Virus record (IMG/VR): IMGVR_UViG_2565956629_000010
Length of the DNA stretch: 26,233 bases
Reading direction: 5' to 3' (one strand)
Origin: a virus
Taxonomy: Duplodnaviria; Heunggongvirae; Uroviricota; Caudoviricetes
A program made the position numbers and the translations under genes. Shown in pieces: positions 15,832 to 24,231 of the stretch. A model generated the notes under the pieces. It was given only the letters and a program-made list of their open reading frames with translations, was not told the DNA's origin and did no database searches. Every line of letters starts with the position of its first letter. Positions within the stretch are counted from its first letter, which is position 1.

Positions 15832-15849
15832 TGTGTGGTTGTCGGTACA
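15832..15849. promoter_or_regulatory. Ogr/Delta-type late-activator site (TGT-N12-ACA) in the P/O divergent promoter region
   Basis: TGT GTGGTTGTCGGT ACA, exactly the TGT-N12-ACA dyad of P2-family late promoters, about 87 bp upstream of the O start codon. Confidence 0.55.
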
Positions 15850-15927
15850 AATACCGCGCATTGTTTCACTGCCCCCATCACCGCAACCATAAGGCTCCAG
15901 TAAGTTTTTTCTAACGGAGCACGGCTC

Positions 15928-16761
15928 ATGACAGTGAAAGCAAAGCGTTTTCGCATCGGGGTGGAAGGTGCCACCACCGACGGACGCGAAATCCAGCGTG
16001 AATGGCTGGAACAGATGGCAGCCAGCTACAACCCGGCGGTGTATACCGCGCTGATTAACCTTGAGCACATCAAGTCTTATCTGCCGGACAGCACCTTTAA
16101 CCGCTACGGCAAGGTGACGGCGCTGTTTGCTGAAGAAATCAAGGAAGGTCCGCTGGCAGGCAAGATGGCGCTGTATGCCGATGTTGAGCCAACGGAGTCC
16201 CTGGTGGAACTGGTGAAAAAAGGCCAGAAATTATTCACATCTATGGAAGTCAGCCCGAAGTTCGCTGATACGGGCAAAGCCTACCTGGTCGGCCTGGCTG
16301 CCACTGATGACCCTGCCAGTCTGGGCACTGAAATGCTGACATTCAGCGCCAGTGCAGCCCATAACCCGCTGGCAAACCGCAAGCAGAATCCCGCCAATCT
16401 TTTTACCGCTGCAGAGGAAACGGTGATCGAACTGGAAGAAATCCAGGATGACAAACCGTCCCTGTTTGCCCGTGTCACGGCGCTGTTCACCAAAAAAGAG
16501 CAGTCCGATGACGCCCGGTTCTCTGATGTGCATAAGGCCGTGGAACTGGTCGCCACTGAGCAGCAGAACCTGAGTGCGCGCACCGAAAAATCCCTGTCTG
16601 AGCAGGAAGAACGCCTGTCTGAGCTGGAGACTGCCCTGCAGGCACAGCAGACCGCCTTTAACGAACTGGTGGACAAGCTGAGCCATGAAGACAGCCGCCA
16701 GGACTACCGCCAGCGTGCAACAGGCGGTAACGCCCCCGCTGACACTCTGACCAATTGCTGA
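15928..16761 (+). CDS. O: capsid scaffolding protein (P2 gpO-like)
   Basis: 277 aa, ATG with GGAG RBS. First gene of the rightward late operon, followed by the major capsid gene. Acidic coiled-coil-like C-terminal half. Confidence 0.8.
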   Translation: MTVKAKRFRIGVEGATTDGREIQREWLEQMAASYNPAVYTALINLEHIKSYLPDSTFNRYGKVTALFAEEIKEGPLAGKMALYADVEPTESLVELVKKGQKLFTSMEVSPKFADTGKAYLVGLAATDDPASLGTEMLTFSASAAHNPLANRKQNPANLFTAAEETVIELEEIQDDKPSLFARVTALFTKKEQSDDARFSDVHKAVELVATEQQNLSARTEKSLSEQEERLSELETALQAQQTAFNELVDKLSHEDSRQDYRQRATGGNAPADTLTNC

Positions 16762-16777
16762 TGGAGCACAAAACCTG

Positions 16778-17836
16778 ATGAAGAAGAATACCCGCTTTGC
16801 TTTTAACGCTTATCTGCAGCAACTGGCGCGTCTGAACGGTGTGGCAGTTGAAGAACTGTCCAGCAAGTTCACCGTAGAGCCGTCCGTGCAGCAGACATTG
16901 GAAGACCAGATCCAGCAGTCCGCCGCTTTCCTGACGCTGATTAACGTCACGCCAGTGACTGAGCAGTCCGGTCAGCTGCTGGGGTTGGGAGTTGGCAGCA
17001 CCATTGCCGGAACCACTGATACCACCGCGAAAGAGCGTGAACCTGTCGATCCGACGCTGATGGTCGATGTGGAATATAAATGCGAGCAGACCAACTTTGA
17101 CACGGTACTGACCTACGCGAAGCTGGACCTGTGGGCGAAGTTTCAGGATTTCCAGGTGCGTATCCGTGACGCCATCGTGAAACGTCAGGCACTGGACCGC
17201 ATCATGATCGGCTTTAACGGCCTGAAGCGTGCGAAAACCTCCAACCGTAGTGAAAACCCGCTGCTGCAGGATGTGAACAAAGGCTGGCTGCAGAAAATCC
17301 GTGAGGATGCACCGGATCACGTCATGGGCAGCACCACCACGGGCGGCGAAACCACACCGGGTGCGGTGAAAGTCGGGAAAGGTGGCGAATATGCCAACCT
17401 GGACGCTGTGGTGATGGATGCCGTCAATGAGCTTATCGACGTGGTTTACCAGGACGATGACGATCTGGTGGTGATTTGCGGTCGTGAACTGCTGTCTGAC
17501 AAGTATTTCCCGCTGGTCAACAAAGAGCAGGAAAACAGTGAAAAACTCGCTGCCGATATGATCATCAGTCAGAAACGCATGGGTGGCCTGCAGGCCGTGC
17601 GTGCGCCGTTCTTCCCGCCGAATGCGCTGCTAATCACCCGTCTGGATAACCTGTCCATCTACTGGCAGGAAGACACCCGCCGCCGTTCAGTTATCGACAA
17701 TCCGAAACGTGACCGGATTGAAAATTTTGAATCCGTTAACGAAGCCTATGTGGTTGAGGACTACCGCTGCGCCGCACTGGTGGAAAACATCCAGATTGGC
17801 GACTTCAGCGCCGCCGCAGCAGAAATCGGAGCGTAA
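16778..17836 (+). CDS. N: major capsid protein (P2 gpN-like)
   Basis: 352 aa (P2 N about 357) in the canonical position between O and M. Confidence 0.85.
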   Translation: MKKNTRFAFNAYLQQLARLNGVAVEELSSKFTVEPSVQQTLEDQIQQSAAFLTLINVTPVTEQSGQLLGLGVGSTIAGTTDTTAKEREPVDPTLMVDVEYKCEQTNFDTVLTYAKLDLWAKFQDFQVRIRDAIVKRQALDRIMIGFNGLKRAKTSNRSENPLLQDVNKGWLQKIREDAPDHVMGSTTTGGETTPGAVKVGKGGEYANLDAVVMDAVNELIDVVYQDDDDLVVICGRELLSDKYFPLVNKEQENSEKLAADMIISQKRMGGLQAVRAPFFPPNALLITRLDNLSIYWQEDTRRRSVIDNPKRDRIENFESVNEAYVVEDYRCAALVENIQIGDFSAAAAEIGA

Positions 17837-17839
17837 TCC

Positions 17840-18490
17840 ATGAGCCTGAGTCCCGCACGGCAGCATCGCCTGCGCGTTCAGGCTGAACAGGCCGCCCGTG
17901 AGGGCGGCAGTGTTCGCCACGCGTCGGGCTATGACCTGATGCTGCTGCAACTGGCGGAAGACCGCCGCCGTCTCAAGGGCGTTCAGTCCACGGTGAAAAA
18001 AGCGGAAATAAAGGTGGAGCTGCTGCCGAAGTACGCCGCCTGGGCAGAGGGCGTCCTGGCTGCCGGAGGCACTCAACAGGATGACGTGCTGATGTACGTG
18101 ATGCTGTGGCGCATTGATGCCGGAGATTATGCCGGGGCGCTGGAGATCGGGCGTCATGCCCTGCGTCATGGCTGGGTGATGCCGCTGGGTAACCGCAACG
18201 TGCAGACCGTGCTGGCAGAGGAAATGGCAGATGCGGCGCAGAGCGCAATGCTTGCCGCCACCGGCTTTGATGCCGATCTGTTGCTGCAGACGCTGGAGCT
18301 GACAGACGGTCTGGATATGCCGGACCAGTCACGGGCGCGTCTGCATAAAGCGATTGGCGCTGTCCTGAGTGAAAGCAACCCGGCTTCCGCCCTTAATCAT
18401 CTCAACCATGCGTTACAGCTCGATCCCCGCTGTGGCGTGAAAAAAGACAAACAGCAGCTGGAGCGCAGACTGCGCAATGACAGCCGCTGA
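17840..18490 (+). CDS. M: terminase small/endonuclease subunit (P2 gpM-like)
   Basis: 216-aa ORF directly after N, GGAG RBS. Position as in the P2 O-N-M-L order. Confidence 0.75.
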   Translation: MSLSPARQHRLRVQAEQAAREGGSVRHASGYDLMLLQLAEDRRRLKGVQSTVKKAEIKVELLPKYAAWAEGVLAAGGTQQDDVLMYVMLWRIDAGDYAGALEIGRHALRHGWVMPLGNRNVQTVLAEEMADAAQSAMLAATGFDADLLLQTLELTDGLDMPDQSRARLHKAIGAVLSESNPASALNHLNHALQLDPRCGVKKDKQQLERRLRNDSR

Positions 18491-18585
18491 CAGAACGTGC
18501 CCCCGCGCACGGGCGGCACGGGGTGGCGAAAGGCACTGCCACATCAAAGCCCCGTCCACCGCCCTCTATTTCAGGAGAAAGCAGC

Positions 18586-19050
18586 ATGAAGTTTGTTGCG
18601 CCAGAACAGGCACCGGAACAGGCGGAAATCATCAGGAATACGCCGTTCTGGCCTAATGTGGACCTGTCGGAGTTTCGCAGCGTGATGCGCACTGACGGCA
18701 CGGTGACGCAGCCGCGTTTAAAACAGGTTGCCCTGTCGGCAATTTCGGAGGTCAACGCAGAGCTGTATGAGTTTCGCAGACGCCAGCAGATGCTGGGATA
18801 TGCCTCGCTGGCAGAGGTTCCGGCAGAACAGCTGGATGGGAAAAGTGAGCGTATTCAGCACTATTTCAACGCGGTTTACTGCTGGGCACGCGCCATGCTC
18901 AACGAACGTTACCAGGACTATGACGCCACGGCATCCGGTGTTAAGCGGGGCGAGGAACTGGCGGAAGCCAGCGGTGATTTATGGCGTGACGCCCGCTGGG
19001 CCATCAGCCGGGTACAGGACGCGCCGCACTGCACAGTGGAGCTTATCTGA
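18586..19050 (+). CDS. L: head completion/stabilisation protein (P2 gpL-like)
   Basis: ATG at 18586 with AGGAGA RBS; the ORF-track start at 18523 is a GTG with no RBS. 154 aa. Position after M. Confidence 0.7.
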   Translation: MKFVAPEQAPEQAEIIRNTPFWPNVDLSEFRSVMRTDGTVTQPRLKQVALSAISEVNAELYEFRRRQQMLGYASLAEVPAEQLDGKSERIQHYFNAVYCWARAMLNERYQDYDATASGVKRGEELAEASGDLWRDARWAISRVQDAPHCTVELI

Positions 19051-19253
19051 TGAAAGTGCGTGCGCATCAGTATGACACGGTGGACGCGCTTTGCTGGCGT
19101 CATTACGGGCGCACGCAGGGTGTCACGGAGCAGGTACTGAAGGCAAATCCGGGGCTTGCCGAATACGGCCCCTTTTTACCTCACGGGCTGCAGGTGGAGC
19201 TGCCGGACATTCCGACCACCACCACCGTGCAGACCGTCCAGCTATGGGACTGA
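19050..19253 (+). CDS. X: tail protein X (P2 gpX-like)
   Basis: 67 aa, identical in length to P2 X. Start overlaps the L stop (TGATG). Confidence 0.75.
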   Translation: MKVRAHQYDTVDALCWRHYGRTQGVTEQVLKANPGLAEYGPFLPHGLQVELPDIPTTTTVQTVQLWD

Positions 19254-19256
19254 ATT

Positions 19257-19472
19257 ATGACGCTTGAGCGAATCAGCGCCTTTATCACGTATTGCATCGC
19301 CGTCGTGCTGGCCTGGCTGGGCGATTTGTCCATCAAGGATGCCTCAACGCTGGGCGGCCTGATGATTGGTGTGCTGATGCTGGCTATCAACTGGTACTAC
19401 AAACACAAAGCCTACCAGCTTCTGCGCGACGGGCAGATCTCGCGGGAGGATTATGAATCCATCAATCGTTAA
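19257..19472 (+). CDS. holin
   Basis: 71 aa with two hydrophobic segments (ISAFITYCIAVVLAWLGDL, LGGLMIGVLMLAINWYY) and a charged C-terminus, immediately upstream of the endolysin gene. Confidence 0.7.
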   Translation: MTLERISAFITYCIAVVLAWLGDLSIKDASTLGGLMIGVLMLAINWYYKHKAYQLLRDGQISREDYESINR

Positions 19473-19965
19473 ACGCTGCCTTGTCGGGACCGTGCTGGCT
19501 ATTGCTGCCACGCTGCCGGGTTTTCAGCAGCTTCACACCTCCGTGGAGGGGCTGAAACTGATTGCCGATTACGAAGGCTGTCGTCTGCAGCCGTATCAGT
19601 GCAGCGCGGGTGTCTGGACCGATGGCATTGGTAATACATCGGGCGTCATTCCCGGCAAAACCATCACGGAACGACAGGCAGCGGAAGGGCTGATCTCCAA
19701 CGTGCTGCGTGTGGAGCGGGCGCTGAAAAGGTGTGTGAAGCAACAGCCGCCGCAGAAGGTGTATGACGCTACGGTGTCGTTTGCCTTCAACGTGGGGACG
19801 GGCAATGCCTGTAGTTCCACGCTGGTGAAATTGCTCAATCAGCGGCGCTGGGCGGATGCGTGCCGACAGTTGCCGCGCTGGGTTTATGTGAAAGGTGTTT
19901 TTAATCAGGGGCTGGATAACCGCCGTGCGCGGGAGATGGCCTGGTGCTTACAGGGAGCAAACTGA
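19453..19965 (+). CDS. endolysin, T4-lysozyme-like muramidase with N-terminal signal-anchor-release (SAR) segment
   Basis: 170 aa. Catalytic E-x8-D-x5-T triad (YEGCRLQPYQCSAGVWTDGIGNT). N-terminal weakly hydrophobic segment CLVGTVLAIAATLPGF typical of SAR endolysins. GGAGG RBS. Confidence 0.8.
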   Translation: MNPSIVKRCLVGTVLAIAATLPGFQQLHTSVEGLKLIADYEGCRLQPYQCSAGVWTDGIGNTSGVIPGKTITERQAAEGLISNVLRVERALKRCVKQQPPQKVYDATVSFAFNVGTGNACSSTLVKLLNQRRWADACRQLPRWVYVKGVFNQGLDNRRAREMAWCLQGAN

Positions 19966-19966
19966 A

Positions 19967-20344
19967 ATGAAAAAGAAATTAATCAGCGGACTGTTTCTGA
20001 TGTTATGGATGGCGCTGTTAATCGCAGCAATGGTGTATCCGCAGGGGATTTTTCCGGTACTGGCAGCGTCCGGCGTTTGGGTAGCCTGTTTGCTGACATG
20101 GGCGGTAATTCCGGTAGCACTGGCTGCGTTAATTAAGAATGGCCCGCTCTGGCAGGAGTTAAGGGCATCTTTGCTGAAGACAATTACCCGAAAAGAAAAC
20201 GTATTTACCAGTTGGGTGATGCGATTGCTGATTGTTGTAAGTCTCGCCTGGACGGGGTGGGCTATTACCCTGGTCTTTTATCTACTGACCGTTATTGCCT
20301 TCTGGATCACCCGTAATCAGATGGCGCAACAGGTAGCAGCATGA
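19967..20344 (+). CDS. lysA: LysA-like lysis membrane protein
   Basis: ATG at 19967. 125 aa with several predicted transmembrane helices. Position after the endolysin, as in P2. Confidence 0.6.
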   Translation: MKKKLISGLFLMLWMALLIAAMVYPQGIFPVLAASGVWVACLLTWAVIPVALAALIKNGPLWQELRASLLKTITRKENVFTSWVMRLLIVVSLAWTGWAITLVFYLLTVIAFWITRNQMAQQVAA

Positions 20345-20769
20345 ACCGGTTGCTGCTGGTTGTGCTGACGTTATTACTGGCGGCGCTGGGCTGGCAGACG
20401 TGGCGGCTGGCTGATGCCAGCCAGACCATCAGCACGCAGGCAGACGAGCTGCAGAGCAAAAGCCAGGCACTGGCAAAGAGCAATAGCCAGCTTATCAGCC
20501 TGTCCATTCTGACTGAAACCAATAACCGGGAGCAGGCGCGGCTCTATGCCGAAGCAGAACAGACCAGCACGCTGCTGAGACAACGACAACACCGGATCGA
20601 GGAACTGAAACGTGAGAACGAGGATTTACGCCGCTGGGCTGATACTCCTTTGCCTGCTGACATTATCCGGCTGCGGAAACGTCCGGCACTCACCGGAGGT
20701 ATGGCTTACCGTCAGTGGTTGTCCGCGAGTGACGCCGTGTCGGCTGGATCAGGCAACGCCGCGCACTAA
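20341..20769 (+). CDS. lysB: LysB, Rz-like inner-membrane spanin
   Basis: 142 aa. N-terminal TM helix (LLLVVLTLLLAALGW) followed by a coiled-coil-like periplasmic region. Start overlaps the lysA stop. Confidence 0.7.
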   Translation: MNRLLLVVLTLLLAALGWQTWRLADASQTISTQADELQSKSQALAKSNSQLISLSILTETNNREQARLYAEAEQTSTLLRQRQHRIEELKRENEDLRRWADTPLPADIIRLRKRPALTGGMAYRQWLSASDAVSAGSGNAAH

Positions 20770-20902
20770 CGGTGATCTGAACGCGTTGCTGGATGAAACG
20801 GAGGCCGCCTGGGCGGTCTGTGCAGACAAAGTGGACATGATTATTGCGTGTCAGGAGCGAAACAGTGAACAAACCACAATCCCTGCGCCACGCCCTCAAT
20901 AA
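20612..20902 (+). CDS. lysC: LysC, Rz1-like outer-membrane lipoprotein spanin (embedded, out of frame in lysB)
   Basis: GTG start at 20612 with GAGGAA RBS. Lipoprotein signal with lipobox LTLSGC. 96 aa. Begins inside lysB in another frame. Confidence 0.6.
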   Translation: MRTRIYAAGLILLCLLTLSGCGNVRHSPEVWLTVSGCPRVTPCRLDQATPRTNGDLNALLDETEAAWAVCADKVDMIIACQERNSEQTTIPAPRPQ

Positions 20903-21296
20903 AGCGGTGCCTTATGTCCGCAATAACCCGGACAAACTGCATCTGTTTGTGGATAACGGTTCGCTGGTTGCCACGGGGGCCAGCTCCATGTCGTGGGAGT
21001 ACCGTTACACACTGAACGCGGTGATTGAGGATTTCAGCGGCGACCAGAATCTGCTGATGGCCCCGGTTTTGCTGTGGCTGAGGGATAACCAGCCCGATGC
21101 CATCAATAACCCGGCGTTACGGGAAAAGCTATTCACCTTTGAGGTGGATATTCTGCGCAACGATGTCTGTGATATCAGCCTGAACCTGCAACTGACGGAA
21201 CGTGTGCTGGTCAGCACTGACGGCAGTGTGTCGAGCGTTGAAGCTATAGCGGAACCTGATGAACCTGAAGAAATGTGGACGGTGAAACGTGGCTGA
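20865..21296 (+). CDS. R: tail completion protein (P2 gpR-like)
   Basis: Probable GTG start at 20865 with AGGAG at 20853-20857. About 143 aa. Position after the lysis genes, as in P2. Confidence 0.65.
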   Translation: MNKPQSLRHALNKAVPYVRNNPDKLHLFVDNGSLVATGASSMSWEYRYTLNAVIEDFSGDQNLLMAPVLLWLRDNQPDAINNPALREKLFTFEVDILRNDVCDISLNLQLTERVLVSTDGSVSSVEAIAEPDEPEEMWTVKRG

Positions 21297-21735
21297 ATTG
21301 CAGAAGGTGGACGACTGGTTGAGTGCCTTGCTGGCGAATCTGGAACCAGCCGCCAGAAGCCGCATGATGCGCCAGCTGGCGCAGGAACTGCGCCGGACAC
21401 AGCAGCAGAATATCAGGATGCAGCGCAATCCTGATGGCAGCAGTTATGAACCGCGCAGGGTAACAGCACGCAGTAAAAAAGGCCGTATCAAACGTCAGAT
21501 GTTTGCAAAGCTGCGCACCACAAAATACCTGAAAACTGCCGCCAGCACCGACTCTGCCAGCGTGCAGTTTGAAGGCAAGGTGCAGCGCATTGCCCGCGTT
21601 CACCATTACGGCCTGCGAGATCGCGTCAGTCGCAAAGGACCGGAGGTCCGTTACGCAGAGCGCCGCCTGCTGGGTGTAAATGATGATGTTGAGGCAATGA
21701 CCCGCGACATGATTCTGCAATGGCTGGCGGGGTGA
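21289..21735 (+). CDS. S: tail completion protein (P2 gpS-like)
   Basis: 148 aa (P2 S about 150). GTG start overlapping the R stop. Confidence 0.7.
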   Translation: MAELQKVDDWLSALLANLEPAARSRMMRQLAQELRRTQQQNIRMQRNPDGSSYEPRRVTARSKKGRIKRQMFAKLRTTKYLKTAASTDSASVQFEGKVQRIARVHHYGLRDRVSRKGPEVRYAERRLLGVNDDVEAMTRDMILQWLAG

Positions 21736-21739
21736 TCTT

Positions 21740-21757
21740 TGTATCAGCACTGATACA
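21740..21757 (+). promoter_or_regulatory. Ogr/Delta-type late-activator site (TGT-N12-ACA) for the V-W-J-I-H operon
   Basis: TGTATCAGCACTGATACA, a near-perfect palindrome (TGTATCAG / CTGATACA) with TGT-N12-ACA spacing, in the 68-bp gap before the V start codon at 21804. Confidence 0.6.
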
Positions 21758-21803
21758 AGTTGCAGCACTGCCGCCTTTCTTCCCCTGATGGCAACCTTTC
21801 CCT

Positions 21804-22382
21804 ATGAACGCACAATTAACCGAAATCATGCGCCTTATCACCAACCTGATTCGCACAGGGGTAGTCACCGAAGTGGACAGGGAAAACTGGCTTTGCCGGG
21901 TGAAAACGGGCGAGCTTGAAACCAACTGGATTAGCTGGCTGACGCTGCGTGCCGGGAATGCCCGCACATGGTGGCGACCATCGGAAGGTGAGCAGGTGGT
22001 GCTGCTGAGTCTGGGCGGCAATCTGGAAACCGCCTTTGTGCTGCCCGCTGTCTATTCGAATCAGTTCGCACCACCGTCGACGTCGGCGGACGCCTGCGTG
22101 ACAGAACATCCTGACGGTGGCTGGTTTGAATACGAACCCGCCACCGGGCGCTGGTATGTCAGGGGTATCAAATCAATGGTCATTGAAGCCGCTGACAACA
22201 TCACCATGAAAACCAGTGAGTTTGTACTGGAGGCTGACCGCACGCGCATTAACAGCGAAGTGGTGATCAATGGTGGCGTTACCCAGGGCGGCGGAGCGAT
22301 GAGTTCTAACGGGATCGTGGTTGATGCGCATCAGCATACTGGCGTCCTGAAAGGCGGCGATACAACCGGAGGCCCGGTATGA
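21804..22382 (+). CDS. V: baseplate spike/assembly protein (P2 gpV-like)
   Basis: 192 aa. First gene after the late promoter site. Glycine-rich C-terminus. Order V-W-J-I-H as in P2. Confidence 0.75.
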   Translation: MNAQLTEIMRLITNLIRTGVVTEVDRENWLCRVKTGELETNWISWLTLRAGNARTWWRPSEGEQVVLLSLGGNLETAFVLPAVYSNQFAPPSTSADACVTEHPDGGWFEYEPATGRWYVRGIKSMVIEAADNITMKTSEFVLEADRTRINSEVVINGGVTQGGGAMSSNGIVVDAHQHTGVLKGGDTTGGPV

Positions 22383-22738
22383 CGCTTTATATCGGGATGA
22401 ACAATACCAGCGGTAAAGCCATTACTGATATTGACCATCTGCGTCAGTCGGTGCGGGACATTCTACTGACACCGCAGGGTAGCCGCATTGCCCGTCGTGA
22501 ATATGGTTCCCTGCTGTCGTCGCTAATAGACCAGCCACAAAATCCGGCATTACGCCTGCAGGTCATGTCGGCAGTGTATGTGGCGCTGAGTCGCTGGGAG
22601 CCACGGATGACGCTGGATTCCATCACCATCAACAGCAATTTTGACGGTTCAATGGTGGTGGCGCTGAGCGGGCGGCGTAATAACGGTGTGCCTGTGTCCC
22701 TTTCCGTATCAACAGGAGCAGAGAATGGCAGTGATTGA
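22379..22738 (+). CDS. W: baseplate wedge protein (P2 gpW-like, gp25-like)
   Basis: 119 aa (P2 W about 115). Start overlaps the V stop. Confidence 0.75.
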   Translation: MTLYIGMNNTSGKAITDIDHLRQSVRDILLTPQGSRIARREYGSLLSSLIDQPQNPALRLQVMSAVYVALSRWEPRMTLDSITINSNFDGSMVVALSGRRNNGVPVSLSVSTGAENGSD

Positions 22739-23633
22739 CCTTTCGCAGTTGCCTGCGCCGCAGATTGTGGATGTGCCGGACTTTGAGACGCTGCTTGCCG
22801 AACGCAAGGCCGAATTTGTTGCGCTTCATCCGAAAGATGAGCAGGAAGCAGTGATCCGCACGCTGGAACTGGAATCTGAACCCGTCACCAAATTGCTGCA
22901 GGAGAACGCTTACCGTGAGTTGCTTCTGCGCCAGCGCATTAACGAAGCCGCGCAGGCTGTGATGGCGGCTTACGCGATGGGCAGCGATCTTGACCAGCTC
23001 GCTGCCAACTACAACGTAAAACGCCTGACGGTGACGCCTGCTGATAATGACGCTGTGCCGCCCGTTGCAGCTGTGATGGAAAGCGATGAAGCGTTACGCC
23101 TGCGTGTGCCTGCAGCCTTTGAAGGGCTTTCAGTTGCGGGGCCAACTGCAGCTTATGAATTTCATGCCCGAAGCGCCGACGGTCGGGTGGCGGATGCCAG
23201 TGCAACCAGCCCGGCACCTGCAGAGGTGGTGCTGACTGTCCTTAGCCGCGAAGGCGATGGAACTGCAGAAAAAGACCTGCTGGACGTGGTGGAAAAAGCT
23301 CTGAACAGTGAGAACGTCCGCCCGGTGGCTGACCGTCTTACGGTTCGCAGCGCAGAAATCATCCCGTATCGCGTGGAAGCCACCATTTTTCTCTATCCTG
23401 GACCGGAAGCAGAGCCGGTAATGGCAGCGGCAAAAGCCAGCCTGCAGAAGTACATCGCCAGTCAGACGCGTCTTGGTCGGGATATTCGCCGTAGCGCCAT
23501 CTTTGCCGCCCTGCATGTTGAGGGTGTGCAGCGTGTGGAGCTGGCTTCTCCTCTGGCGGATGTGGTCCTGAACAAAACACAGGCGGCATCATGTACGCAG
23601 TGGAGCGTAACCAACGGAGGAACGGATGAATAG
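22725..23633 (+). CDS. J: baseplate protein (P2 gpJ-like)
   Basis: ATG at 22725 with AGGAG RBS gives 302 aa, the length I recall for P2 J. Confidence 0.8.
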   Translation: MAVIDLSQLPAPQIVDVPDFETLLAERKAEFVALHPKDEQEAVIRTLELESEPVTKLLQENAYRELLLRQRINEAAQAVMAAYAMGSDLDQLAANYNVKRLTVTPADNDAVPPVAAVMESDEALRLRVPAAFEGLSVAGPTAAYEFHARSADGRVADASATSPAPAEVVLTVLSREGDGTAEKDLLDVVEKALNSENVRPVADRLTVRSAEIIPYRVEATIFLYPGPEAEPVMAAAKASLQKYIASQTRLGRDIRRSAIFAALHVEGVQRVELASPLADVVLNKTQAASCTQWSVTNGGTDE

Positions 23634-24231
23634 TCTGCTGCCACCGGGTTCAACACCACTGGAGCGCCGACTGGCGCAAACCTGCAGCGGGATTTCTGAT
23701 CTGCAGGTGCCGCTTCGTGACTTGTGGAATCCGGCAACCTGTCCGGTCAGTTTCCTGCCTTATCTCGCCTGGGCGTTCTCTGTGGATCGCTGGGACGAGG
23801 GCTGGACAGAAAGCGTCAAGCGCCAGGTGGTGAAGGATGCTTTTTATATTCATCAGCATAAAGGGACCACCAGTGCCGTGCGGCGGGTGGTGGAGCCGTT
23901 CGGCTTTCTGATCCGCATTATTGAGTGGTGGCAGACCGGAGAGGCACCGGGCACGTTTCGCCTGGATATCGGCGTGCAGGACCAGGGCATCACTGAAGAT
24001 ACCTATCTGGAACTTGAGCGACTGATAAGCGATGCCAAACCATGTAGCCGCCACATGATCGGCATGTCCATCAATCTGCAGACCAGCGGCCCGCATTGGG
24101 TGGGAGCCGCCAGCTATCTTGGCGAAGAAATCACGATCTATCCGTATATCAACGAAACAATTATTTCCGGCGGCACCGCGCATGAAGGCGGGGCGGTCCA
24201 TGTTATTGACACAATGAGAGTGAATCCATGA
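23626..24231 (+). CDS. I: baseplate/tail protein (P2 gpI-like)
   Basis: 201 aa, between J and the tail fibre gene. Start overlaps the J stop. Confidence 0.7.
   Translation: MNSLLPPGSTPLERRLAQTCSGISDLQVPLRDLWNPATCPVSFLPYLAWAFSVDRWDEGWTESVKRQVVKDAFYIHQHKGTTSAVRRVVEPFGFLIRIIEWWQTGEAPGTFRLDIGVQDQGITEDTYLELERLISDAKPCSRHMIGMSINLQTSGPHWVGAASYLGEEITIYPYINETIISGGTAHEGGAVHVIDTMRVNP

Noticed and set aside
14085-18755. Numerous overlapping or antisense ORFs of 60-220 aa inside the portal, terminase, capsid and terminase-small genes (for example 14399-14683, 14802-15290, 16231-16686, 16658-17320, 17687-18169, 18402-18755)
   Set aside because: They lie opposite or out of frame within well-supported, GC-rich structural genes where long spurious ORFs are expected. 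Their translations are Arg/Ala/Cys-rich low-complexity sequence, and none has an RBS-start arrangement.
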